Shown: positions 34,995-46,250 of the stretch, piece after piece
Numbering within the stretch: position 1 is the first letter of the stretch
How the letters are laid out: each line of letters opens with the position of its first letter
Assembly (NCBI GenBank): GCA_965112155.1
Contig: OZ218102.1
DNA length: 64,000 bases
DNA from: Podarcis liolepis
Taxonomy: Eukaryota
Reading direction: 5' to 3' (one strand)
Translations under genes and position numbers: made by a program
Notes under the pieces: generated by a model
Told to the model about the DNA's origin: nothing
Databases searched by the model: none
What the model saw: only the letters and a program-made list of their open reading frames with translations

Positions 34995-37900
34995 CCCTAA
35001 AAGACTACACAAAGTTTGAAAAGTCAGTGTTATGGGTGAAAAAAATGTAAGAAGGGAGATACACACTCCCTTCAACATTAGTCTGGATAATAAGAATGAG
35101 GGATATAGCTTATATACAATTAAACAAACAAATGTAATGGGTCAGAAGAGGCAGGCAACGGGATAACTTTGTTGTGAAATTGAGTTTATTCATCTTTCAC
35201 TGGAATAAGTGTAATGTGCAATTAATTTGTATACAGTATTAGGTGAAATATAAATTGAACAGCACCAATCCAAAAAATTCGCACATGTCAGAATGTGTGA
35301 TGCTTAGCATGGCATTTACACAGGGCTCTCCTCTTTCACTTTACAGTAATATCTTTGACTAGCATTTCAAATCTCAAGTCACTTATTTTAAAATCCCTAT
35401 TATGAATGAAGCAGTAGGTATTATTGTGAATTTTAATCAAATTAATCCAATTAATCTGGAATGAAGGAGACTGAAAGTACAGGAGAGAATTGTTGAAACG
35501 ATGTAATTTACAGCAGAGTTGTGAAGTATATTCATTATGTTAAGCATCTCAGGAATTTAATGAAATGTTATGCATATTATTTTACTGACAAGAAGAAGTG
35601 GGGAAAGAAACAACAAACACTGATCACTCTTTCTCTCACACACACTTTCTCTCACACACACTTTTAAACTGTACCCAAAAGGACATCAAAAGGGCCCTAC
35701 CTAAGCACTTGAAGGGGTAAGGAAAAAAGGCACCAGAGAGGAAAGGAACAGAAAACCCAACTGGATGAGAAGTGAAGGTCTGTGGCTTTCGCTTCACATG
35801 TGCTCCCTACCCCTCCTCCCTTTCTTCTTCTTCCTTGGCAAAGATAAATGAAGAAGAAGAAGAAGAAAGCCACAATCTTTCTCCATCCGCCCACCGCTAT
35901 TACCTAAGGGGGAAGGGACTTTTCCAAATAACCCAAAACCACATGTGCTCAGACACAATAGCTCAAAAGGCAGGCTAGGTAGCGGGCCAGCCCACTTTGT
36001 ACTGCTAACAAGGGGAACCTAATTACAGGAAGAGGTTAAAGAGGGGCAGATAAAAGGGATACAAAATTTCAACATCTGTTGCTATAAAGGGATAAGAAGT
36101 GGGGAAAGGCAAAGGTGTCAGTTTGGTGTCAGAGATGGCATGAAGCCAATTTCAAAGAGTTAAAAAGATCGAGAACTGAAGAAGAAAAATTAGAGGGTTC
36201 CTTAAAAAAAGCTGTCACAAGTACTTTAAAAAAAAAAGATTATTTAGAAGAGGGAAGAATGTTTGGAAATAGTACAGCTAATTATGACCAGTGTTCACAG
36301 GGTCTCTGCAGAGCTGTGGGATCAAGGAGCATGTTAGAGCGCAAGAAAAGTCTCATTGGATCAGGTGAATGGTCCATCCAGCCCAGGACTCAACAGTAGC
36401 CAGTTCAGTTATTCACTCAAAGAAGAAAAGCAGGTGTATGCAAGTGTATGCACATGCATATACACACATGTTCACACACTCATTATCCATGCCCTTCTTT
36501 TCACCTCCACCTTCTGCTTAAAGACATCTTGCAGAGGGTGCATTGTCATCAATACTGCCATTCATGACTTTGTCAGATTATTGTTTGTTTGTGTGCATTA
36601 TTATATCCAGTGACAGCGGGATTCGGGAACCAACTGTGAATAGCATCAAAAGTGTTATTTACTGTTTTAAATAACACTGGAAGGAGAAAATACCCGAAGT
36701 TTGTCCAACAGTTTTAAGGCACAAGCAAGCTTTATTTCCCTGTTCCCTATTGGCCACCAATCATCATGCAGGCCTCTCTCCTTGAGCCACATCTTTTGAA
36801 AAATACCAGTCTTCTTTATTTACTTTCCTCCAGAATGCATTTTGTGTACCTGACACATATTTCCCTCCTTGGGGACAGTAACCAGGACTTTTATAGTACT
36901 GAGGCCACAATAAAAAAGTTTAGAACAGTTCTGTTGCAATACTGGATATTTATAGCAAGCTGCTGATTTTACCTAGGCCAAACAAACAGCTATCTAAACA
37001 TATCACCCAGATTTTTCTGGGCAATATCCCTATTTTGCTTTCCTGTAGAGCAGATAAGAGAAAGTGGACCCAGAACAAGTGACAATGGCAAACATCTTAC
37101 ACAGATGTCAGTGGCAGAGGTGGGGGCAGAAATATGGATCTGAACACATAGTCCAGCGTACTACCACTACAACATAGTCCCAAAAGTGGTGAGCTGCATG
37201 GGTAAAGAGAAACATTCAGAAGCAGCATCTGTTTCCCATCCCCCTGAGGGTGGGAGCCCTCCAAGCTCCACTAAGATTCTGTGCTATGTTTGGTGTCCAA
37301 GCAGGATGGCATAGCTTTTCACACATCCAAAGTGTTAGAAACACAGGGTCAGGGAAAAAAGCAAAGGTCATCCCATCACCATCCAAGTAAAGTCACAAAC
37401 AGAAGCCACACCTTTGGTGTAATTCTGTGGCATGTTCCAGCTTCTTGAGCCAATGCACCAGAAAGAGAGGCACCCAAACATCTTTCTGGGAAAACAACAC
37501 CCAAATGGACCACCATAGTTCAGCTAAAAGATGAGCAGCAAAAGGGCTTTGGAAAGAAACAACTACTAAGGTAGCAGAATCCATTTGGCCACAGTCAAGC
37601 CAACATTAGATTAGAGGGGAAAGAGAGGGGTCGGCCTGGAATGTGCCTGCTTCCTTGGTCTCAGTTCTGGGATCTTTAGTAAAGCTCTGCAGCTGGATCA
37701 CAATGATCAGCAATACAACAGTGTCCTGTGGCCCCGTGAGGGCAAAGGAGAGAGACTTGAATACAAAATAGAGAATGTGCTACTGCACAGACATATGTTT
37801 ATCTACCTAGAACAGCCAAAGCAGAAAAAGGAGGTACAAGGGACTTGTCAGCAAGAGTGGGGAAAAGATATAGGGAGAGGTATGTGACAAAGAGATGTGC

Positions 37901-38190
37901 AGCTGAATGGGCAAGAAGGTTACAGAATATTGATAGGAGCAGAAGAGGAAGGAAAGAGAAAACATGACACTTGAAAGATTAAAATTGTGAAGAAGCACAA
38001 GGCTGTTTGGAGAGGGAGGGAGGAAAGAAGGGGGGGAGGTCCAGTATTGAGGTGGCAAATGAGCCAGGAGCAGGAGGGCTATAAATAATAAAGAAAATAT
38101 TCAAACACTTAAGCTATACAAAATGAGTTGGGAGGGGGAATCTATCAATTGTTTGCTTACTACATATAGCATTCCAGAGTGCAAGTAAGC

Positions 38191-38346
38191 CAGGCATGTC
38201 CAAAGTCTGTTTCGGAGGCCTAACCTGGCCCACTGTAGCAGTTCATTTCCTGGGGTAAAATCCTTAAAAAAGCTCAACAACTTTGGTCAGCCGCATGTTC
38301 ACTTCATCAGATCTGGCCCTCTTGGAAAAAAGTTTGGACACCCCTG
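38191..38346. mobile_element. hAT MITE
   Basis: caggcatgtccaaa ... tttggacacccctg; 8 bp TSD aagtaagc/aagtaagt. Confidence 0.85.
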
Positions 38347-39463
38347 AAGTAAGTTACAGAAGTATTTATGGACTTGCAGGTATTCAGCAGTGACTCTTTT
38401 GGAAAGTGTGAGGGCTAGCTACATTGGTGGGTCCAGAAGAGAACACAAACTCACAAAAAATAACCCTTGGCTGGAAAAAGCAATGCAGTAACAGAACAAA
38501 AATTAAAATACCAGTAGGGAGAAACACTGCTGGTCCTTCTCCTCCATAATTGCCCAAATTTCACCAACTACCACTTTTCATGAGAAGTTGCCCAACCAAC
38601 TACAGTCTTCCGATTAACCTGTATATGTGAGAGACCCAAATTGTGTAGACTTTTGCTCCTCCCTCCATGTGCGGCCTGAGATGGGCAGCCCAGTGGCACA
38701 GTGCATTCCACTAAAAACAAGTGAAAAGGGAGGAATCCGTGACACTCAGCAGCCACTGTAGGTAGTTTCCCATTGGTTGGATGGTTCCAGGCTTTAGCTC
38801 TGCCTGTCAGTCAGGCTTTTGCCTTATTGAAAGATCAAACTCCATCCTGCCTGTTCATTACCTTAATCCTATTTTCTACATAGCTTTATTATCTCTAGAG
38901 GCTTCCTTGGGAAAGGCAGAAAAGGTGACACAGCCACTCCTCACTTGCTCCTCGGTGCTGCTTCTATTTGAGGTAAGCCAGGAGAAGTTCATGGGCAAGG
39001 AGGATGGGGACAGAAAAAGCCAAAGCAGCCCTCATTCTTCCTGTAGTCTAAGCACAGGAACCACATTACACGTAATTCACCAAGCACAGAGACTGTTAAT
39101 CAGCAAACCCACATTGCTATTTTATTGAACAACATAACAACAAATCTTATTATCAGCACTGCTCTGGCAGACTGGAAGAATTGCAAAAGGGGTTAAATCT
39201 AGCAAGGCAGGACACAAATTTACAGATGGTGAAATGAGGCAAAGAGGCAATGAGGCAAAAACACCATGCCCAAACTTATAGAGTGAGTTGTTTGTGTCAG
39301 ATCCTCCCAGGTCCATCTAACTGTTTATTAAATACATTCTTTACTCTGTATCTTATCAATTGTGACCTGAATGTGGAAGTAATCACTGTGAAAGTAGTCC
39401 CCACCTGGGAGTTTTTCTTCTGAAGGGCGACAACCTTATAAATGAAGAACAGTGTTTAGACTA

Positions 39464-39808
39464 CAGTGGTGCCTCGCAAGACGAAAAGAATCCGTTCCGC
39501 GATTCTCTTCGTCTAGCGGTTTTTTCGTCTTGCGAAGCAAGCCCATTGACAGCCTAGTGGATTAGCGCTACAGCGGTCTAGCGGCTTTCCGTGATCAGCT
39601 GTTAAGCGGGTTTTTCAGCGGAACAGCTGATAGGCGGCTTAGGAAAAGGGGGGGAGCGAAAAAAACCCACGGGGACGCGCAAGAGTTTTTCGTCTTGCGA
39701 AGCAACCCCATAGGGAAATTCGTTTTGCGAAGCGCCTCCAAAACGGAAAACCCTTTCGTCTAGCGGGTTTTCCGTCTTGCGAGGCGTTCGTCTTGCGGGG
39801 CACCACTG
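39464..39808. mobile_element. Tc1/mariner-type MITE (cgtcttgcg family)
   Basis: TA|cagtggtgcctcgcaagacgaa ... ttcgtcttgcggggcaccactg|TA. Confidence 0.92.
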
Positions 39809-39819
39809 TATAGCAGTGA

Positions 39820-39952
39820 GGATGCCAATACATGGGGATACCAGTGAGTTCTGTTCAGAAGCTACAGTTAGTTCAAAATACAGCTATACTTGTATTAACT
39901 GGGGCCCAAAATACAGAACATACCATGTCAGTATTTAAAGAGCTGTGCGGTC

Positions 39953-39993
<41 letters not shown>

Positions 39994-40545
39994 CACTTCA
40001 TTTATATACTGCTTTATATTTTAAAGAAAAAAATCTCAAAGCCTTTTACAACCTGCACTAAAACATCAAATAAAACAATCCAGAATAAAACATTACAGAA
40101 GAAAGTCCAAAGCAACATAGTTAACAGGAAACTAAAATATTATCTTAAAGATTTCAAAATAAAACATTATGAAGGGGGTTGAACTACAGAATGCACATTC
40201 AATGTAGCAAAGATAGCAACAACAAAATCTTAAACAGTTCAAAAGAAAATATTACTAAAGGAAGTCAGATATAAATTGCATGCTTCAAAGAGCATAATTA
40301 GCAAGAGAATAAAATATTATCATAAGCATAGTCTACCAGTCCTTTTCCAAACACAATTTGAAGTGCTGGTTGTAACCTAACTGGCTTGAGACCAGGGTAT
40401 CTACCTGGACCTGCCTGGACATAAACATCGGTCTCTGAGGTCCTGATTCAAATTCTCCCACCTGAAATAAGTAAGATGCTGTTGACCAGAGATAGGGCCT
40501 TTTCACTTGTGGCTTTCATCGATTCCAGTGCCATATTTGTTTGCA
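39820..40545 (+). mobile_element. L2-like LINE fragment split by a (TTA)n-tailed AT-rich insertion (about 39955-40330)
   Basis: MGIPVSSVQKLQLVQNTA..VLTG L2-like motif, resumes about 40332; gtcta flanks both sides of the insert. Confidence 0.55.
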
Positions 40546-41109
40546 GTGCCAGGTGAAATCCTTTTTTTATTTGCCTTGGCCTTATATTACGTTTGAATTT
40601 TATTGCTGTAAATGAGTGGTGGAGTTCTGGAATTCTTACTGGTTTCAAAGGCTAAATGATTACCAATTAAAAAAACGAATCCAGGAATAGATAATCTAAT
40701 CTCTAGCAAGAAGGAAAATGCAAGGCTAAAGTCAATTGTCCTACCTTGTCAATAAAACACAAAAAGAAATGGGCATAAGTTGCTAGAAGACAGATGAGAA
40801 TCAAAATTTGGAAACAAGCCCAAATTACTTTAAAAAAAAACAAAACTCTGTTCAATAGAATAATTTGCATAGACAAAGTATGAAAATATATTCATTGGTG
40901 TGTGTGTGCAAAGAAGTATACAAACATCTCTGATGCAAGATCCAGAGATCAATGACTAAGCTGAACTAGATGACTTCAAGTCTTGGCTACTTCTGAGTTA
41001 ATGGTACACATTAATTTTCAACTACAGTCAGGTCTTAGAAAGTTTCCATAAGTATTCATCCCACAGGCAGATTTTTCTATTCACTGCCACAACTGTAAGA
41101 GAGTCTTAC

Positions 41110-41175
41110 CTCCCCAAGTCCCAGATTCTCAAAGGTGAGGTATGTCCACAGCAAGCTGTTCCAGTCACAAATGAA
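41110..41175 (-). CDS. FBXW4: FBXW4 fourth-last exon (66 bp, missing from the ORF track)
   Basis: SFVTGTACCGHTSPLRIWDLG read manually; ttgacag acceptor, gtaaga donor; phase 2/2 fits the next exon. Upstream exons were not found in the window. Confidence 0.93.
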
Positions 41176-41647
41176 CTGTCAATCAAGAAAGAAAAAACAA
41201 AACATTATTAGCCATCCTCTTTGTACCATTACTAAATATTTGTGTGACCACAAGCAGATGAAATACACAGAGGCCAGATGCCGAAACATTTGAGAGATGT
41301 AATGCATGAACTTCCATGCCCTGAAACCACAGCAGTAAAAAGCAAAGTGCACAAGCTGGAATAGAGTCTGCAATGGGGCTGCGGTTCAAGTCAAGGCACT
41401 GGACTAGGAAACATGGAAAGGTGTTCTTTTAACATGAGCTCTAGTGCAACTCTAAACATTATTCAAGTTTATAGTCTCAAGATAGTAATATAACCAGAAA
41501 AACTAAATGCCTCCCATCATGACAATGCCAGTATAAACAGATGATTCCCAGCTCCCTAAGCCATTTTCTTTAAATGAAGGAAAGGAAGAGCATTTTTCTG
41601 CAAAATCTATTTCAAGACAAACCATCCTATACCTACATACATAATGA

Positions 41648-42050
41648 ACTGGCTCACATGACGTGCTAAGCCAAACCTTTGCTTTGCAAGACTGCACAAA
41701 CATGTGGACTCCCAGAGAGTTGCACTCAGTCACTAGGTTCCTCCTGTCCTTTTTGCTGCCTTGCTGCATATCATACAAACAAGAACTTGTGGTTCAGTTC
41801 TCTCCTCACTAACTACGAGCTGAAACCAAGAGCAAATATTGGCTAAAATTGATGGTTAGTGAGGAGAGAGTGTAACCACAAGCTCCAGTTCAGACAACAT
41901 GCTAAGCCAAAGCTTTGGGTACCTGCTTAGAGCAACTCAGCAACAATCAGGACCAGGGAGGAACAAAGGGGCTGCAACCGCCTCTTAAGAGCCCACAACT
42001 CTGTGTGGTCTTGCTAAGCCAATGTTTGGCTGAGCACATCGTGTGAACCA
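41648..42050. mobile_element. Old palindromic MITE-like element (related remnants about 53490-53805, 54895-55215, 59440-59580)
   Basis: Ends ggctcacatgacgtgctaagccaaac / gtttggctgagcacatcgtgtgaacc; inner inverted pair cttgtggtt..ctctcctcactaac / gttagtgaggagag..aaccacaag. Confidence 0.6.
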
Positions 42051-42509
42051 ATGTAATACCTTTCTCCAATTTGCTGCACTGTTAGTGCTGATCCATGTTG
42101 CCTATGTAGGAAGATTATTGCAGCACACAGTCAGAATTATTACATTAAAAGCTCTTAGAGCTCCTTAGGCAGGTTGAACGAAGTACAAAGCTAAAGGTAT
42201 CAGTGCAACTGCAGTCATAACGGCTGCTTCATCCCCCATTTTTGTAGTGTTGTAAGTGTCCAACTGCCCTTTTCAGTTGGACATCCGGATCAGAAGATTG
42301 TCTCTTGGAGTGGCTTCATAAACATATTTACAGTAATCACACACAAACAAACACAAAAGCAGCAACTCCCTAGTCTCACCCCAAGTCCCATAGCTTCTTG
42401 CTGAAATCCTGCAACTTTTCAGACTGAACGTGTCCTGGTTCTTTTGTTGCTGTTCTGCTTCCCACTCCACCCTGCTTTTCTTCTGTTGCACTATAGTGTA
42501 AGAGCGCCC

Positions 42510-43440
42510 TTTAGAAGGCAATTAATGTGGCAACATCAAGGAAATTCTGCAGAACAATAAATAATGAGCATGGTCTAACACTATGACATACTGCAGAATA
42601 CACTTGGCAAAAAAACCAACGAAACACCAGTCGAGAGGGCCCTGAGATCGCTGCACTACGCTTTGAAGAAAAGAGAATCGCTGTTCTTCCTTTCCATGGC
42701 ATCTAGCTTACAGGTGTTAGATCTTCTTGAAAACCAACAATGTTGCTGTTGACGCTTCAGGATTTGTGGGCAAGGAATTCAAGGACTCTCTGGTTGGTTG
42801 GTTGGTTGGTTGGTTGGTGGGTGGGTTGGCTGGCTTCCTTCCTTCCTTCCTTCCTTCCTTCCATGTGCCAACCAGAGGTAGTTTTTTCTTAGCTAATTCC
42901 CTGGACTGTGGCACAGAACAGCCTAGAACCCTATAAATGTGATATTAGTTTCTCTGACACTATCTGGTCTAGGTTTTATGCTGCTGAGAAACCCTTCTTT
43001 TCTCACATATATATCATAAACATAATAAAGTTTATGGACTTGATGTCATCCTTCGCTGGCTTAGATGGCATATACTGTCTCACTGGATGTCCTCCTTGGA
43101 ATGGCACCACTTGTTCGTCAATTCTAATGTTTTCACATGGCACAAAGCATTGTGGGAGAGTGTTGGTAAACATCCCACAGGTTTTGCATGGGGGAAGCCT
43201 GTCTCTCACACTGGTTGCTCCGTATTGAAGCTGATCATCAAATCCCAGGCCTTAACTGACTTTTGAAGAAGGCCAGTGACATATTGGTCTGGAAGTGTTG
43301 AGGGCAACCCTTAACAGCACATTTCGCATAGAACTTTTTGTGAATAGAGGAAAGTGGCCATCTCAAGGTCCTTGACTGAGAGCTGTCATTAAGTCTGCCA
43401 CTTGTCAAAGTAAGAGTCCTAGGTGCTTGCAAACATATGC
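42510..43440 (-). mobile_element. Decayed piggyBac transposase relic
   Basis: IDEQVVPFQGGHPVRQYMPSKPAK matches the piggyBac motif VDEQLVPFRGRCPFRQYMPSKPAKYGIK; flanking FQTNMS..GFDD, LVGT and FLDVATLIAF in shifted frames. Confidence 0.85.
42791..42862 (+). repeat. Compound microsatellite (GGTT)n(CCTT)n
   Basis: Directly visible, inside the piggyBac relic. Confidence 0.95.
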
Positions 43441-44331
43441 AGATCCATCTGGGGGCTCGGTAACCCCAAAAGCAATCAGTAAACTTTGTACGAAATGATA
43501 GTTTGATTAAAAAAATAAACTGTTTTGCTGGGTCAGAAGAAATGTTTCAGCTGCAGAAAAATGCTTTTTAAAAAATCAGGTTTGTACAAGGTTCTTGTAA
43601 ACATGTGGAGTACTATTGATCCCCAATGTCATTTGTGGTAATGGTAAGGAAAGTGAATGATTCACCCAATATGAAAATAGTCAAAATAATGGGTGGTATT
43701 CAACTATATTTTACTCAGAATAGACGCACTGAAATTCATGAACATGTCTATCTTACGTCCATTGATTTCAAGAGGTCTCCCCTGAGTAAAATTTGATGAC
43801 TATCATTCAATTTCCCCCACTCTATATGTGCTTTTCTCACACAAAATGGACAGAATAGGTTCTGAGGTAAGTAGCTGTTGACATGACAAGTAACTAATGA
43901 ATCAAGAGCATCTGACAAGGCTGCTTTCACCCCATCGCCTTACAAACATAGTTCTTCATTTTCTCTGTCATTCCAACAGAGATAAATTTGTAACCGCCAA
44001 CCATAAGAGTAAAGCCATAGATTTTTAACTAAACTGAGGAGAACCTTAAAATATCACATGGCAATTAATTGCTCACCAGGAATAAGGAGTTGTGGAATAC
44101 AAAAAAAAAAGTGTTATTGTGCTTGGCCCCACTGTTGATGGAGGGTTAAAAGCCAGAAGAAAGTGATTGATTTCTGTCTATCAACCAGCTAGCAGGTTCC
44201 CTTGAGGTCCAACTGAAGGTCCAAGTTGCTGACCTGATGCCCATGATAAGAATCTGCTCCACTCCTCACTGGCTATCAAAGGTGAGATGTCAGAACACTG
44301 ACAAGCTCTTAATATGGAAACGTGAAATATA

Positions 44332-44687
44332 CAGTGGTGCCTCGCAAGACGAAATTAATTAGTTCCGCAATTTTTTTCGTCTTGCGATTTTTTTCGTCTT
44401 GCGAAGCACGGTGTCGGGAAAGTTTTGGAAAAGCTTCAAAAATCACCAAAGTCTTTAAAAAACCTCAAAAAAGGCTACCACACTGCGTTCTATGAGTTGC
44501 TCCTCGAAGTCAAGTCGCAACTGTATTAACGGTGTTAAGAAAAAGGAAACAAACTTGCAAGACATTTCCGTCTTGCGAAGCAAGCCCATAGGGAAAATCG
44601 TCTTGCGAAGCAGCTCAAAAAACAAAAAACCCTTTCATCTAGCGAGTGTTTTGTCTTGCGAGGCATTCGTCTTGCGAAGTACCACTG
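44332..44687. mobile_element. Tc1/mariner-type MITE (cgtcttgcg family)
   Basis: TA|cagtggtgcctcgcaagacgaa ... cgtcttgcgaagtaccactg|TA. Confidence 0.92.
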
Positions 44688-45321
44688 TAAATATTTTGAA
44701 ATAAAAAAAATTAAGGATAGAGCATCATATCAACTGACACACATTTCAAAGTCGGCAAGCAATCTTCAGCAGCCCAGAACTACAAAGTGAGGTGCTGGGT
44801 TTTTGTCTCTTTCCCCCCTTTACCATAAGCCATTAGTAAATAGTAATGCCAATTACTGTGGTCAGAAACATAATAGCAGCTTGGAAATCACTGAAGTGGG
44901 CAATTGGGTTTTAAAGGTTTTTGCTCCCTCTCCCCCTTGCTCTGTCTATACAGGCATACAGATCTTTCAGAAGAAGTATGCAGCAACCCTCCAGAGACTG
45001 CACAGGTCTAAATTAGCATCAAGGTATGCCAATAAGAAAGGAGAAGTGGGTGGAGATCACCAGCACTAATCTCCGCCACTCTGCTGGTACAGCCTCCAAG
45101 CCAGTCTGTGGTAGAGATTAGAAATTTCTCAGCAGTTGACTTCCACATTGCTCCTTAGCTTTGCACCACTTCCCTCTAGCTAAACAGATCCTGACCCACT
45201 AATGTACCCTGCCAACCTAGTGCAGAAAAGGGTCTGTAGGAAATCTCATAATTGGAATGTTTCTATCGTTGAGGTTAAAGAGACTGGTGCCATTTCATGC
45301 ACATTCAATTCTAAAATTATG

Positions 45322-45567
45322 GCCTCGCAAGATGAAAAGAATTTGTTCCGCGAGTCTTTTCGTCTTGCGATGTTTTTCGTCTTGCGAAGCACGGTCCGTC
45401 GCAACTGCACCTCTTCAAGCGGCTTTAAAAAAAAAGCGCAAGACGTTTTCGTCTTGCGAAGCAAGCCCATAGGGAAATTCGTCTAGCGAAGCAACGCAAA
45501 AATGGAAAACCCTTTCGTCTAGCGAGTTTTTCATCTTGCAAGGCATTCGTCTTGCGGGGCACCACTG
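45322..45567. mobile_element. Tc1/mariner-type MITE (cgtcttgcg family), left tip missing
   Basis: gcctcgcaagatgaa ... cgtcttgcggggcaccactg|TA. Confidence 0.88.
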
Positions 45568-45569
45568 TA

Positions 45570-46105
45570 AACAGTTTGTGTGTGAACACTTGGGAAAAGA
45601 TGTTGTGATTACTAAGACCCAGCATGGGTTTTTCAAAAACAAGTCATGCCAGATGAATATAATTTCTTTTTCTTTTGTACAATTACAAGCTTAGTGGATC
45701 AGGGGAATGCTATGGATGCAGTGTATCTCAATTTCAGTCAGGCTTTTGAAAAATTCCCCCTGGTATTTTTGTGGAGAAGCTGGTAAAATATGGACTAGAC
45801 TAGGTAACTGTTAGGTGGATTTGTAGCTCGCTGGCTGGCCAAGCCCAAAGATTGCTCACTAACATTTCCTTGGCATCCTGGAAAAAAGTAGCAAGTGAGG
45901 TGTCACAGGGTTCTGTCCTGGGCCCGTTGTTGTACAACGTCTTTATAAGAGACTTGGATGAAGGAATTGAGTGAATGCTCAACACACCTGCAGATAACAC
46001 CAAAACTAACAAAATGAATTTCAATAGAGACAAATGTCAGGTTTAACACTTAGGCCAGCTGCACAAACATAAGATGGGGAACACCTGGCTTGCCAGTGGT
46101 AAACG
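45570..46105 (+). mobile_element. CR1 LINE reverse-transcriptase fragment
   Basis: cagcatgggtttttcaaaaacaagtcatgccaga...gacttggatgaaggaattgag; homologous to 62510-62900. Confidence 0.88.
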
Positions 46106-46250
46106 TGAGCATATTACACCCGTCCTGGCCTGACTGCACTGGCTGCCAATTAGTTTCTGGGCTGAATTCAAGTTCTGATTTTGACCTATAAAGCCTTAAA
46201 TGATTCAAGACTACAATACCTCAAGGGCCGCCTCTCCCCATATGAACCAA
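46105..46250 (+). mobile_element. L2-like LINE 3' fragment
   Basis: gagcatattacacccgtcctggcc..ctgcactggctgccaatt (EHITPVL..LHWLPI). Confidence 0.7.

Noticed and set aside
34362-35078. 238 aa ORF and overlapping GC-rich ORFs
   Set aside because: They lie in the GC-rich inverted repeats of a non-autonomous hAT; low complexity, no transposase motifs
39464-39808. Iterated 9-12 bp motifs resembling a CRISPR-like or regulatory array
   Set aside because: Irregular spacing inside TA-flanked TIR elements in a eukaryote; they are MITE subterminal repeats
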